From Podarcis liolepis (lineage: Eukaryota): a stretch of 64,000 nt of DNA. A program made the position numbers and the translations under genes. Under the pieces are notes generated by a model. It was not told where the DNA came from. It saw only the letters and a program-made list of their open reading frames with translations, and searched no databases. Location: assembly GCA_965112155.1 (NCBI GenBank), contig OZ218100.1, one strand, 5' to 3'. Below, one piece after another: positions 50,344 through 63,160 of this stretch (its first letter is position 1; each line of letters opens with the position of its first letter).

Positions 50344-51484
50344 AGGGTTTGATAGGATTTTTGTGTGTGGCTAACTGAACGGCTGAACTTTGGTTCAGTT
50401 CTCCTTCATCCCTCCTTGCTGGCTGTACTTCAAACAGGCCTGCCTAACTAGTGACTCACCAAATCACAACAAATTGTTTCCCGACAATGCCTCTATGGTT
50501 TTTGTTCTTTTGCAGTGCCAGGCAGATGCAAGTCATTTACCGGGCTCCTTGCGCACACTCAAACAGGGATGATGGCCTTCATTTGGTTTGGTGGATTATA
50601 AAAGCAGGCAGGCTTGCTTTTGACAGAAAGGGGCAAGCCATACTGGATCATCCTGCAGGCCACCAAACTGTACGGGTACCAATGTGGCACAACGGGTCAG
50701 TGTGTCTGGTCGTTAATCAGAAGGTTGGAGGTTCGAGCCCACTCAGGAACAGCAGTGGGCAGAATTCCTGCATTGCTGACGATCCTTGGGGCCAACTCTA
50801 CAATTCTATGATTTACAAAGGAAACATTTGCAACAGCAATGAAAGTTTCCTGCTCTCCTCCCACTGTTTCTCCTTTAAATCTTTTCTGAGGTCCCCCCCC
50901 CCCCACAATCCTACAGAACAAGTGTGGGGGTAGCATAGGTGGAGGGGGCGATCCAGTTATCCTTTCACTGGTGCACATATTCTTTACCTTGTCTGCAATA
51001 ATTGTTATTTGAGACACCTGTGGTCAACTTTATATGTACTATGCATTTGTGTTTCAAGCAGCTACACTATCCAGTGAGCACTGATCCACTAGCATGGTCC
51101 CCACTAGTATGAATATTTCATTGATAATTATTCGCTATGTACCTCTTTATACATGTATTTTGTTCTACTGTATGACTTACATGCAGGTTGCTCAGTTTTG
51201 TTGTCATTCATTGCTTGCAATGCCTTATATTCCATTTCTAGCTGATGAAGACTGTATTCCGAAACAGTTGAACTATTCCGGATATACTGTCCTTTTGAGA
51301 CTTTTGTGAGACGTCTTCCTTTGAGAGACGGCTTGGCATTCCTCGCTATTCATTGATTTGTTTGATTCTTTGTTTGACTCTGATACATATAACAACTTGT
51401 AGTTACCTGTATATTTTGTGAGATGTGTTGTACGATATATACATCATTTTGAAGTGGCTTCATATCCAGTTATATATTCACTTA

Positions 51485-51701
51485 CAGTGGATGCTTGGGT
51501 TGCGAACGTGATCCGAGCGGGATGCACGTTCACAACCCGCAGCATTCGCAACCCGCAGTGGCGCGTCTGCACACACGCAGGTTGCGATTTAGCGCTTCTG
51601 CACATGAACGAAACCCAGAAGTAACCCGTTCTGGTACTTCCAGGCGGGTCCATAACCTGAAAAAACTCAACCTGAAGCATCTGTAACCCAAGGTATGACT
51701 G
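51485..51701. mobile_element. Tigger-like MITE
   Basis: TA-CAGTGGATGCTTGGGTTGC...TAACCCAAGGTATGACTG-TA. Confidence 0.75.
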
Positions 51702-52604
51702 TACAGTTATTAGCGTTTGCATTTTTGTAGATTCTTACATTTTGCAACACAGGGGTTTGTGTTTGTTCAGATCATTGGAACCAATGGCAGATTCATGCTT
51801 TGATTTCTTGCTTTGAATGAGTCAAATCTAAAGTTTGCGGAGGGGAGAGGCACAACGCATTGTGTGACCAATGTCTTCTGTAGTTCTGAAGGCAAAAAAG
51901 AACTGTGTACGTTTCCCCCCACTCCCCATGTGTATGCTGCTTGTAAATTTGCATGATATAATGAGACTTTGGGGTCAACTACCAGACCCCACAGACATGA
52001 AGTTTTCTAGGATTTCTGGATCCTCTTACATGGCTGGAACCAACTTATTACTGTATTATTGGGAGATTATGCGTCATTCCGATGCTTTCTTTTGCTCTAG
52101 GGTGCTGAATAAAGATGTATATGTCTTTTAAGTCCATAATTAGGTTTGATGGAGCTACAGCTCACTAAGCAGGCATATCTTTCTCGAGGGATACCTAGAG
52201 AATGATGATTTGCTGCTTCTATCTAGAGAGAGAAGGATAGTCAGTGCCAGGAGGAGGGAGAGAGGCATGTAGTTTAGAGCAGAGGGTCAAAAAGGCTGGC
52301 TTCTTTCCCTCCCTACTGTGCCAGTTCCAGGGTAGTACACTAAAGGAGCCAAAAGATCTTGTACCTCAAGGGATCTGTGAAGTTTTGGATTCAGCAGATC
52401 CAAACCCTCACCACCCTGAAAAACCTCGTTTCAGGGTTTTCTACTGAATACTGCTACAGGTTTGGAGAGAATTGGATACCAGCAGAGAAGCAACAGCTAA
52501 TTGCACTGCATAGTGAAAGCTGAACCATTTGTAACCTATGAACCTTCTCAGACAGGCACCCCCAAACTCGGCCCTCCCGATGTTTTAGGACTACAACTCC
52601 CATC

Positions 52605-52832
52605 TGTTAGAATTCCTGCTCCATGATTGCAGTCATGGGATTGTTGTCTATCACATGGCAGTTTATGTTTTGACTCCAGAGTGGGAAGTGACGGAGACAG
52701 GATGTTTGTGTTACTGTGTTCTGTGAAGTGGGACTATTGTCTTTTGTTCTTTTTCTCTTTGCTCTCTGATGCTAGAGAGAGAGGGAGCCATGTTGCAGTA
52801 CTCCGTGTGTGTTTATATGTAAATAAAGTAGC
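52605..52832 (+). mobile_element. Probable truncated LTR inserted into a MITE
   Basis: MITE (52553-52604) breaks off at TGTTAGAATT; segment ends near AATAAAG; no matching CA end or TSD found. Confidence 0.4.
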
Positions 52833-54824
52833 ACCAACTTCTTTCAGTGTGTTAACTGCTAAATATATGAGTAAGTTGTGAATATAACCAGGCACATCTG
52901 TGCTGTGGTTGGGACTTTATACTCATTTTGGAAGTCATGTTGCCTCAAGCTTGAATCATTCTCTGTTTGATACACCATTGAAAAAATCCCCTACTTTGGG
53001 AAATTCTCTGAAGACACATTAGTTGGTGTTACCTTGTATATATTGTATGCCACTTTACTCTGAATGACGATACAATTTAGTAGCTATATACTCTAAAGTG
53101 TTGTAATCAAATTATTAGCCTGTCATGTTGCTTTTAGGTTGCCAGATTTTTCTGTTCGCAACACAGGGGATCTTTGCTGCTAGTTGTCACGATGGCAGAG
53201 AAGGTAGGATTGTTCTCTAGGAAAACCTAGATGTTTATCGACACGTTAAACTGCCTCCAGCCCAGTCTGCTCCAGCTGATAGTAGATCTTGAAGATCTAA
53301 GGTGGACTGGAGAACCTTGAACTGAGAACATCAGGGATCGAACCTCCGATTATCTAGTACCATTTTACACTGATCTGTGCTGCTAGGGCTCAGGGGCCTA
53401 CCACCCTGGTTGCAAAACGGGCTGGGGAAAATGGAAGCAAATGGTTTTGCGGTCATGACAAGACTTAGATTTTTTTAAGCGCAGCATCACAAGCCTCCAA
53501 ACGAAAGAAGCAGCATTGTGGCAGGTCTCTGAAGTGGGCCTTAGGCTGTGCCGCTTCATTTGTATTGGCATATTCATGCGAATTGTTACATGTGTTAACA
53601 ATAAACAAAGGAATCTTTGTGGCCGTAACTAAAACGCAGCTCAAGAAGAAAGCATCTTGCTTGGTGGTGCTTCTTCTACATCTTTTTCTTTTAGAATGTT
53701 TTAAAATAAGTAAATCAAACGCTAGCCTGAAAGCCGCAACGCCGCTGACATCCTTTTGGAGGTGAATTTTTAAAACTGTCCGAATTTGTCAGGCTGTGGT
53801 GCGTCAAGCATCTATTTTCATCGCGTCTTGGTGAGGGGTTGGTGGAAGGGAGTATCTGTGGTCTTGGATAGAAGGAGGAAAGGGCGCAATTTGATCTGAT
53901 TAAATTTGAGAGCTGGTAGACTGATTTATATCGTGGCTGAGAGCTGTGCTAGGCATGCGATTTCTGCGAGTAAATGCATCTAAAATGCCTAAAGCGTTCC
54001 TCTGTTCCTAGTTACAAGGGCAGTCTCCCACTGAAGTCAAGAGGGCTCTCGGTCATGTTACTCTTGGCGGAGTCTGCAGATTATTGCAGACATCTTTCCT
54101 ACACAAGTAAGTAAGACATCACCAAGCAAAGCATTACAGGGCTCACAGTAGGCAAGTCATATGCATTAGATTTAACAAATCATACTGTAATCCATTCAGC
54201 CCCATATTTCTACACAAATGTTCCTGCTGGCACTCAATATGGGATTAGATCCATGCAGGGTGGTCCGAAAGTTAGGCAGTAAATAGGGTAATTTACAGTG
54301 TTCTGCAAGATCCCTTTGGTATGTGACTTTTGAATAGCTTTGTACAACGCTCCCTCAAAAAAAAAAGGGTACAGGATTTCATCACTGTGTCCCTGTATCC
54401 CCAGCAGATAAGACAGTGAACTATGGGAAGGTTTTGCAAGGAATTTCTGCCCTTTGAAAAAGTCATGCTCTTGTGTATCTTTGGTGCTATACTAGCATTC
54501 ACTACTTCTCTGCCTGTGTTTACAATGGGACAGTTCAGATTCAATGCTAAGCAGAATATGGGGAAGATATGGTTCTTGGTTGTTGTTTTTTACAAGGACA
54601 GGGAACCGAAGATTCCAGCATAAGGAGAAAAAGGGAGTTAGCCTCCTGCTGTCTTTTGGTTTGCTCACCCTCAACCTGCGGCTAAGTCATACCATACTGT
54701 AACTATTTTGAATTTATCGCTGTTACACGTTAATTAATCTATGGTTTGGGGTTGTTCTGAATTTGTGAGGCGCCCTGCATATTTTATACAGAAAAGCAAG
54801 GTTCAAATATATGTAATAAATAGT

Positions 54825-54978
54825 CTGGGATAGCTCAGACGGCAGAGCATGAGACTCTTGATCTCAGGGTTTTGGGTTCGAGCCCCGCGTTGGGCAAAAC
54901 GATTCTACATTGCAGGGGGTTGGACTAGATGACCCTTGCGGTCCCTTTGCAACGCTACACTTCTATGATTCAATGATT
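54825..54978 (+). mobile_element. tRNA-derived SINE with CR1-like tail
   Basis: GGATAGCTCAGACGGCAGAGCATGAGACTCTTGATCTCAGGG...GGTTCGAGCCCC...TTCTATGATT. Confidence 0.75.
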
Positions 54979-55643
54979 CTGAGGAGAAAGGGCACCCAAC
55001 CTTCACAACCGCGCTTTCATCTTAATCCACTGGTGGTGGTAGGGATCCTTATTAATGGAGCAAGCCGTAGCAAGTGATGCATTTGCTAAGCACTCATATC
55101 TCTGGCTAGAAGAGAGGCAGTCAAGAAGGATAACTTTTTAGCTTGGGGAAGCAAAGTAATATGGATATCGCAGTGCAAAACTGGACAGAAATGACAACAG
55201 GAGTATATGAATTGAAGGCCTCTCACACAGTAACTAGAGGAACAGTCAGCAAGCTTTGGTTAGCTTGGCTATGGTTACAAAAATCATGTTTGGAGAACTA
55301 TTTATACAAACACATTTTTTTCAGGTGAAAATGAACAGAACTACAGGAAATGTAGATGTGATCATCTACCAAGTTCTGGGACAAAGTTTTTTAAAACAAC
55401 AACAACAACAACGCTTCAAGTATTTATTTATGTAATACAGAGGGGGAAAGAAATGGAAAAGGAACAGTTTCATTTCACTTTCTAATTCAGTGTGTTTTTC
55501 CGGTGATACAGAAGATGCTCCTAGGAGAAGAAATTCTTCCAAAAAAATTCCTTTCCCTCTTTTAGAGGGGGGGAAAAGGAATTTGAAGCTTTCTGCTGCA
55601 ATGGTAAAGGAAATCTTTACAGGTGAATGGTTTGTAACAGTAT

Positions 55644-56005
55644 GGGACATGGGTGGCACTGTGGTCTAAACCACTGAGCCTCTTGGGCTTGCGGATTGGA
55701 AGAATCTACACGATGGGGTGAGCTCCCGTTGCTGTGTCCCAGCTCCTGCCAACATAGCAGTTTGAAAGCACACAGTGCAAGTAGATAAATAGATACTGCT
55801 GTGGCAGGAACGTAAACGCCGTTTCCATGCGCTCTGGCTTCCGTCACGGTGTTCCGTTGTGCCAGAAGCAGTTTAGTCATGCTGACCACATGACCAGGAA
55901 AGCTGTCTGCGGACAAATACCAGTTCCCTCAGCCTGAAAGCAAGATGAGTGCCGCAACCCCATAGTCACCTTTGACTGGACTTAACCATCCAGGGGTCTT
56001 TTACC
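55644..56005 (+). mobile_element. Sauria SINE
   Basis: GGGACATGGGTGGCACTGTGGTCTAAACC...GACTGGACTTAACC...TTTTACCT. Confidence 0.85.
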
Positions 56006-59000
56006 TATAACAGTTCCCTGGAGTAATATAATTGTCCCATTTTAAATTGCTAAAGAGCCACATAGAATCATACATGGTTAGCAAAATGTGTGCGGTGAGT
56101 TATCAGATGGATTATGCAGTTTTGTCACACCACCAAATAACATGGAGATGAAGGACAATGGTAGTGGACCAGGGATGGTTACCAATTTGCTTTGCAAGCC
56201 AACAGCAGAATATGTGGCTCTTCAGAGAATCATAGAATTGTAAGAGAGTTGGAAGCGGCTGCCAGGATCATCTAGTCCAATCCCTTGCAATGCAGGAATC
56301 TTTTGCCCAAAGTGGGACTCAAACCCACGTCTTTTGTACTTCTGTTTTGGAAATAGTCCACAGATAGTTCAAAACAAAACAAAAAGGTTTTGCCGTGTAT
56401 TTTCCCATTTCCATTTCCAGGCTAAAAACCATGCTTTTATAGGAGCTGTAGTATTTCCAAAATAATGAAGGGAAATATGAATGTCTACCATTTCTGTACT
56501 GCTTATGGTCACTGGCAGAGGAGGAGGAGTGCAGGGGGAGTGCAGGGGGAGCGCACCCCACCCTGCAGGTGGCGTGCCACACCCCTAGGACGTGCGCTAG
56601 CCCCGCCCCCACCTGCTCTTCACCCCCCCAGTGCCGGAGCATGAAGCTCTCCCACTGCTTATGGTGTGACAGTTTCTCTCATCTCCCTCTGTTTCCTTCC
56701 AACTTTCTCTTTTCGCTTTTATTTATTTACAACCTGCTCTTCACTGTTCACACATTCCTGGCACTAGAGACAACATTAAAATAGAGTAAAACAATATTTT
56801 ATTTATATACAACTTTAAAAAACCACACACCCAGCAATGTGCTGAAAACTTAACTAGATCATCCATGCAAAGAACATCGTTTACTCTGGCACTTGTGTGA
56901 AAAGCAACATTTTCATGTGGTGTCAAAATGCCATCAAACGTGGTGCTGCTCATAGCCGAGAGTGGAGGGCATTCCAAAGTCAGGATGCCATTATTTAGCA
57001 TGCCCTCTGACGAATCGGTGCAAAGCATATCTCAGAAAGCCATGGCACTCAAAGAAAGACCTCCCTCAGTGATCTCAAAGTCCAGGCAGGTGTGTAAGGG
57101 AGCAGGCAGGCAGTCTTTCAGGTTTCTGGGTCCTTAGACATCACTGCTACATCTTCTTCCCTGATTAGTCACATGAGTGATTCGAGCAAATGATGAATTG
57201 GATTGTGTCAGTGCGGACGTCACTAGGGGCAAACAAAGCGCATTCAGAGCAAGGGCAGTGCATCTTGAACGAGAAATATTTGCCCCCCTTGGAAACAATC
57301 ATTGCCAAAAACAAAAAAGTGGGGGAAGGCATTATTTTACGCTGCTGAATTTTTCCCCCTGAAAAATACCCCCTCTTCTGGCTCAGCTTTAGGTCACGAA
57401 CATTGTCATTCCCCCCCCCCCGTCAGCTCATTTCCTTGTGTGAATTCACGAAGACGATAACAACTACATGTGAAAGAGCCTTCACAGATATAGCATAAGA
57501 AGGGAGACTTTTTGCCTTCCATCAAAACACCAATATTTTTCAGTGGTGCGTGTTCACATCTTCAAATCCCTATTCGCATATTCCATGTGTGTACACTGAA
57601 CGCATGTACACAGGGAGGAGAGAATGCAATCGCACCTGCTGACCTCATCCCATCTAAGTATATTCAGCATCACATTGGCCTAGTGCTTTATACATGTGCA
57701 ATTTCTATGTGTGCAGGCTTTGTGGCAACACTATGCAAACTGCGTGTAAGTAAAGGTCAGGGGTCAGCAAACGTAATCCCAGCTCTCCCCCTGTATATGA
57801 GGATGCACATAGGGCTGATGTTTACGGTAATCAAGTATATATTAATACATAGATGTGTGCATCATCTTCTAGTAATTAGTTGGCAGGTGTCACTCGTTTA
57901 CCAAAAACTGCTATTCTTTTCTCCCTTTCCTCTCCCTAGGTTTTCTGGGTGTTTTATTGTCACGAGGTGCGTGTGTGTTTTAATTGGGAGGGGCAGGTCT
58001 TGTTCACGCAATCCCCCTGCCTCCTGCTCTTGAGGTTATCGTTCAGAAATCAATTAAAATGTAAATTAAAACACAAGAGGCACAACCCCTGGCCGAAGAG
58101 GGCCTGCAATCTATAAACAGGGGTTAGGATAAAAGAGCGGAGGAGAAATTTTGTGCCGGGAGGAACATTCAGAAGCAATACGAGGGCGGGGGCAGGGGCG
58201 GGAAGGAGAATTTGAGCCATTTCCACCCCCCTCTCAATGAGAAAAGGAAAAGACTTTGTAACATGGCAACAAAGAATTAGCAGCAAGACGCATCTTCTAT
58301 AGATAGTGGGGGAAATCCTCTCTAACCTAGTTGTTCCTCAGCAGCTGGATGTAGAAGCAACATCCCACTTGTAGTGTATTCAGCTGACTGTTAAGATTTG
58401 CAAAGTGCCCCAAATTGTGTGAAATGTTATAGGAGTGTGTTTTTTTGTTTCCTTATTGGCTGGACTTCTGGCTACAGTGAGGCTATGCTGAGAGTGTTGT
58501 GACACTTATTAAGAACACGCAGGGGCTGAACAAGTGAATCTTTTCATAATTAAATTGCAAACTTTGGTTTCTCCGGGACCTGCGGATGGAAATATGTTTT
58601 AACAAAACACACACAACACAACCCCTCCCCCCTGACACACAAAACCACAGCAGGCGTAAAGAGACCCGGGCAGTTCGGTGAATGATCATTTAAGAAACTG
58701 ACGCACTTTATATCACATTTACACCGAGCGAGGGATGCAGGTCAAGCATCACAAATGAAATGGCCATCGTAAAAAAGCGAGCCAGCCTCTGCCATCTGCC
58801 ATGGCAGCTCTGAAAGGGGGCTGAGGGAGACCCAGCACCCCAGTGAAGCGAACCCAGCAACAATGCCACCAATTGGTGTGCCACGGCAGAATTAGTTAAG
58901 AGACACGCTTTTCACCAGAGCCTTTGAGGGGTATTGCAAAAAAAGAAAAGGGGAGGAAAAAAACCCCACACACTGCCTGTGTGTTTCTGCCAGTTTCATA

Positions 59001-60619
59001 TACATCTGCAAGAAAGGACTTTTAGCTGTTTTGTGTTTGGTTTTTTTAAAACAACAACAACAACAAGGTAACAATAGCACCCCCTAACAAGGAACCCATC
59101 CTGAATCATTTACTTGGGAGCCTGATTAAGGCAGCTCTCTCTCTCTCCTCTGCTTTGTTTTGAGTCATGAATAAGATGTTCTGTGTGTTGCTTCTCTGCT
59201 GAAGATTTAAATGTCCCCACACATTTTGATCTGTGCAACTCCAGCACAGCTGATGGCAACAAAGGCTGGTTTCAAGCTCATTGTCATCACCATGGAGTTA
59301 TAACAGATGAATGGGTGGCATTGATTCTGATTGGCAGACTCATTCACATGCATTCAGAGCTCATGAATTTTACTTAACACGTCCTCCTATTGCTTATTGG
59401 CTGGGATTTAATTGGAGTGATGTATTGCAGCACTGCTAGATGAAGTGGAACAGTCTCTCTCTCTCTCTTTTTCTCTCTCTCCATTTCCCCTTAGTTAAGT
59501 GGTCCTTTTCTTCCATACCTCTGAGTTAGAGATGCCTGAGGCAAAATATTAATTTATGTCATATAAATGGAAAGTATTTAACTCTTTGTTTTGTGGTGCA
59601 GCTTTCAAAATAACACACAGAGGCGAGATGTGAATGTTGATTTTTGCTATTTGCCACCACACACCTCACCAATAATTTTGCCTTCTCTTTCGACATCAAG
59701 CAAATCAGAAGCCTTTGAGGCTTTCCTAAATTATTTTGGGGAATGTTACACACTCTGATTTCTCCCCACAGGCTTGCCAACCTAAGCATTTTCCCTGGTG
59801 GAGTAAGCTCCGCTGAAATCGGTTGGATTTATCTCAAGAGTAAACCTGCTTAATGGTACAGCCCTAACCCTAGATCTGCTGGGATGAGCAAATTAAGATG
59901 TGACAGGTCTCTGGCTCAGCAAGAGATACACTGGCGTAAGTCCTCCATCATGACTTTGTAAGCTCTGAAAAAAGGGGGAATTTCAGGGGCAGGGACTAGC
60001 AGTGGGAGGACTTACCTTAGTTCCTAGCTCACTTCAGCTCTGTGACGTGACTTAGCAACTCAGTGGCACTTACCGTACATCAGGGGGAAAGGGTGGAAGA
60101 AGTCAAACTCTATTTTAAAGTCTTGTTTCCCCTCTGCCAGGGTTAGGCCAGCTCAGCCTGCAGTTGTGATGGAGCAGAGTTTCAATCTGAAATACCATTA
60201 TGCCTGCTTAACTAAAACCAGTTTAATTTATGGTGGTTCCCCATAGGACTGCACTCTAAAACTGTATGCCTGCAAAGCTGCTTCCAACTTTCCCCAGCCG
60301 TTGAGGTCAGATTACCTCCCAGCTGGCAGCATTTACAGGAGGGGTTCAAGAGCATGCTGAAAAATTAGACTTGTGCCATTGAAGTGCTCTGTCACCCTAG
60401 TGCAACAATTCCATTTTTTAGAAAAGAAAAAAGAAAACTTGCTTTTGTGGTCAGGAAAGTGACGAGGAAATGCCCTGATAGATGTGGGGTGGATAACAGA
60501 AAGGTGTAAAAACACTGTGCAAGCAAATTAGGATGAATGCTTGTAGCGTAACCAACCCACGAACAAAATAAATGCTCAGTTCCATCCAGCCCAGGATCAG
60601 CAAGCTTACTACACTTTTA

Positions 60620-60837
60620 TTTATTTTTTCCAGAATTTTTATTTTATTTTAACAGATATGACATATAAAACTTACAAAAGAAAACACATTACAATACTAA
60701 AAAAGAGAGAAAGAAAAAACAAAAGTAAAAACACATATTCCTTCATTTTAAATTCCATTGTTAACTGACTTCCTCAAATCACCCCTAACTGAATTTCATT
60801 GTATCTCCTTGTAACAGTTCTCCAAAATCATATTTCT
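60620..60837 (-). mobile_element. L1-type 3' fragment with 18-bp TSD
   Basis: TSD AAGCTTACTACACTTTTA (60602-60619, 60838-60855); T-rich decayed tail; TTTT/AA endonuclease-type site. Confidence 0.75.
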
Positions 60838-61706
60838 AAGCTTACTACACTTTTAAGTGATTGCTGATCCATTGCTATTACATGTACCTATGGGGACAAT
60901 CTATTTGCTGATGAAGAATCATCTTTGAAACAGTTCATTTATCCAGGAAAAACTTCTGTTTGCTGTTGTCGTTTGCTGTGCTTGGAATACCTTATTTCTA
61001 CGTTTGGAGCACCTATCACTCCATATTTGCAGGATATTGACTGCTGAAAGGCTTTTTGCCTCCATCTCAGTGTTCTTTGATAGTTTCTGACCACGCCTCA
61101 TATTTCTGTTCATGGAACATTTATTTTACTCCTATTATTTGTGACTTCATGCACGTGTTACATGTTTGCTGTTTATGAATTGTGAAACAATATAATGTTA
61201 TAAATTTATTGTCAGTACATTATTGGCCGCGTGTTGCTTGTGGTTGTTCAGGGTCAGCAAGCAGCAGTTCTTTGGTCTGGCAGCCCACCACCCCCAAACC
61301 AGCTGCTGCACCTGATGCCACAGGAGCACAGAAGCAGTGCTTTCCCCAAGAACAGGCCTCCCAACCCAAAAAGTTCAAAACGAAAACTTCTGATGTACTT
61401 CCTGGAAGTAACAAGGATTCTCCAGCAGGTGCTGTACCAAAGCACATAACAGAAGGCCAGAAGACCATCACTTTAGATAAAGCTGCTAAGATAGAAGACT
61501 TGTTGACAGGTTGCAAGGTTTATGCAAACATCACTGAAGATTCCTATGATATCATAATTCCTGTGAAAGATGAGGCGGATGGGGAACTCTGGTTGGATGG
61601 CATGCCCAGAACATTGGGAAACAATTCTACAATCAGAAAGCCCCTGAAAGTTAAAGCATGAGGATCACTATGAGCTCATAATGGATGGCAAGGTCTACCA
61701 TATATG

Positions 61707-61958
61707 CCATTGTGGTGTAGTGGTTAAGAGCGGTAGTCTCGTAATCTGGGGAACCGGGTTCGCGTCTCCGCTCTTCCACATGCAGCTGCTGGGTGACCTT
61801 GGGCCAGTCACACTTCTTTGAAGTCTCTCATCCCCACTCACCTCACAGAGTGTTTGTTGTGGGGGAGGAAGGGAAAGGAGAATGTTAGCCGCTTTGAGAC
61901 TCTTTCGGGTAGTGATAAAGCGGGATATCAAATCCAAACTCTTCTTCTTCTTCTTCTT
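61707..61958 (+). mobile_element. tRNA-derived SINE with (CTT)n tail (Squam3-like) inside Kaiso zinc finger 1
   Basis: TGGTGTAGTGGTTAAGAGC A box, GGGTTCGCGTCTCC B box, GGGTGACCTTGGGCCAGTCAC core, GCGGGATATCAAAT and (CTT)n. Confidence 0.8.
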
Positions 61959-62029
61959 TATGTAGGAAGGTCTTACGTTTGTCTTACAAGTTTGTGGAGA
62001 CACTTCGACGAGCATTCTTGGGAGAAGTA

Positions 62030-62478
62030 CAGTGGTGCCTTGCAAGACGAAAAGAATCCGTTCCGCGAGTCTCTTCGTCTTGCGGTTTTTTCGCCTTGCG
62101 AAGCCAGCCCATTAGCGGCTTAGCGGCTTAGTGCTATTAGCGGATTAGCGCTATTAGCGGATCAGCTGATAAGCAGTTTAGCGGCTTAGCGGATCAGCTG
62201 ATTAGCGGCTTAGCGGATCAGCTGTCAAGCGGCTTAGCGGATCAGCTGATAAGCGGCTTAGCGGAGCTTAGCGGCTTAGGATCAGTTGATAAGCGGCTTA
62301 GCAGCTTGGGGAAAGGGGGGGGGGAGAGAAAAAAACCCTGCAGGAACTCGCAAGACATTTTCGTCTTACGAAGCAAGCCCATAGGAAATTCGTTTTGCGA
62401 AGCACCTCCAAAACGGAAAACCCTTTCGTCTAGCGGGTTTTCCGTCTTGCAAGGCATTTGTCCTCCGGGGCACCACTG
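62030..62478. mobile_element. Tigger-like MITE (same family as 16168, opposite orientation) with internal minisatellite
   Basis: TIR CAGTGGTGCC / GGCACCACTG, TA TSD at the Kaiso Tyr codon. Confidence 0.88.
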
Positions 62479-62957
62479 TATCCATTTCACTATTGCAAGA
62501 AGCTTTTTCTTCTTGCAGAGTACCGCACCAAGCATGAAATTCATCAAACTGGGGAGCGGCGGTACCAGTGCTTGGCATGTGGCCAGTATTTCATTAACTA
62601 TCAATGGTCATGGATATGAATGTAAGATCAGTTCACAGCCAGGATCCTTCTGGAGAGTCCAGGCTATATTGCTTGCATCCCTGTCGGTCTCTGCAGATCA
62701 GAAATTATGCATAGATTTTGGGTAGTTCCAGCAATATACCTATGGTAAATGACAATGCTCTTGTTTATCCTGTTGACCTTGCAAAAGAAGCCCCTCAAGA
62801 ACCAGCCCCTCAGCTTCCAGCAAAGCCAGTGACTTGGAATGATATCTTGGTTCCTCAGGGAAGTGAATCACTATTCAAACAAAATCCATATGATGCCAGT
62901 ACTGAATTTGCGTTTGTTATAGCAGAATCTTACTGAATCTTCTCTCTGACCGAAGAT

Positions 62958-63160
62958 ATCAAATTTACATCATGTTACAACTTGAAGGAGAATACCATGA
63001 AGATGTTTTACAGGTGGCATCACACCCCGTCAAAACTCGCTAAAATGTACAAAGGTAGTTCACCAACATGTTGGCGATGCAAAAGGAGATGGGATCGTAC
63101 TCTCACATTTGGTGGACCTGCATAAATATAAGCGAATTTTGGAATAATATATATGACGAA
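62958..63160 (+). mobile_element. L1 ORF2 C-terminal cysteine-rich domain fragment
   Basis: KFTSCYNLKENTMKMFYRWHHTPSKLAKMYKGSSPTCWRCK / GSYSHIWWTCINISEFWNNIY (CxxC...H...C; one frameshift). Confidence 0.8.

Larger units (their letters stand above)
61245..62936 (+). pseudogene. ZBTB33: ZBTB33 (Kaiso) pseudogene, 5'-truncated (no BTB domain), interrupted by a SINE and a MITE
   Basis: Removing the insertions gives EGQKTITLDKAAKIEDLLTGCKVYANITEDSYDIIIPVKD...HEDHYELIMDGKVYHIC / RSYVCLTSLWRHFDEHSWEK / YPFHYCKKLFLLAEYRTKHEIHQTGERRYQCLACGQYFINYQ...SVHSQDPSGESRLYCLHPCRSLQIRNYA*...PVTWNDILV...STEFAFVIAESY*, which matches the Kaiso zinc fingers and C-terminus; frameshifts, stops and zinc-ligand losses present. 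Confidence 0.92.

Noticed and set aside
60919-61113. Minus-strand ORF (MEAKSLSA...KVFQAQ...ELF) faintly like an inverted Kaiso BTB start
   Set aside because: Spacing does not fit and the LNEQR/FCDV core is missing; probably chance.
62108-62305. Repeat array as CRISPR or true interstitial telomere
   Set aside because: Eukaryotic DNA with no unique spacers; the unit is TTAGCGG rather than TTAGGG and lies inside a MITE.
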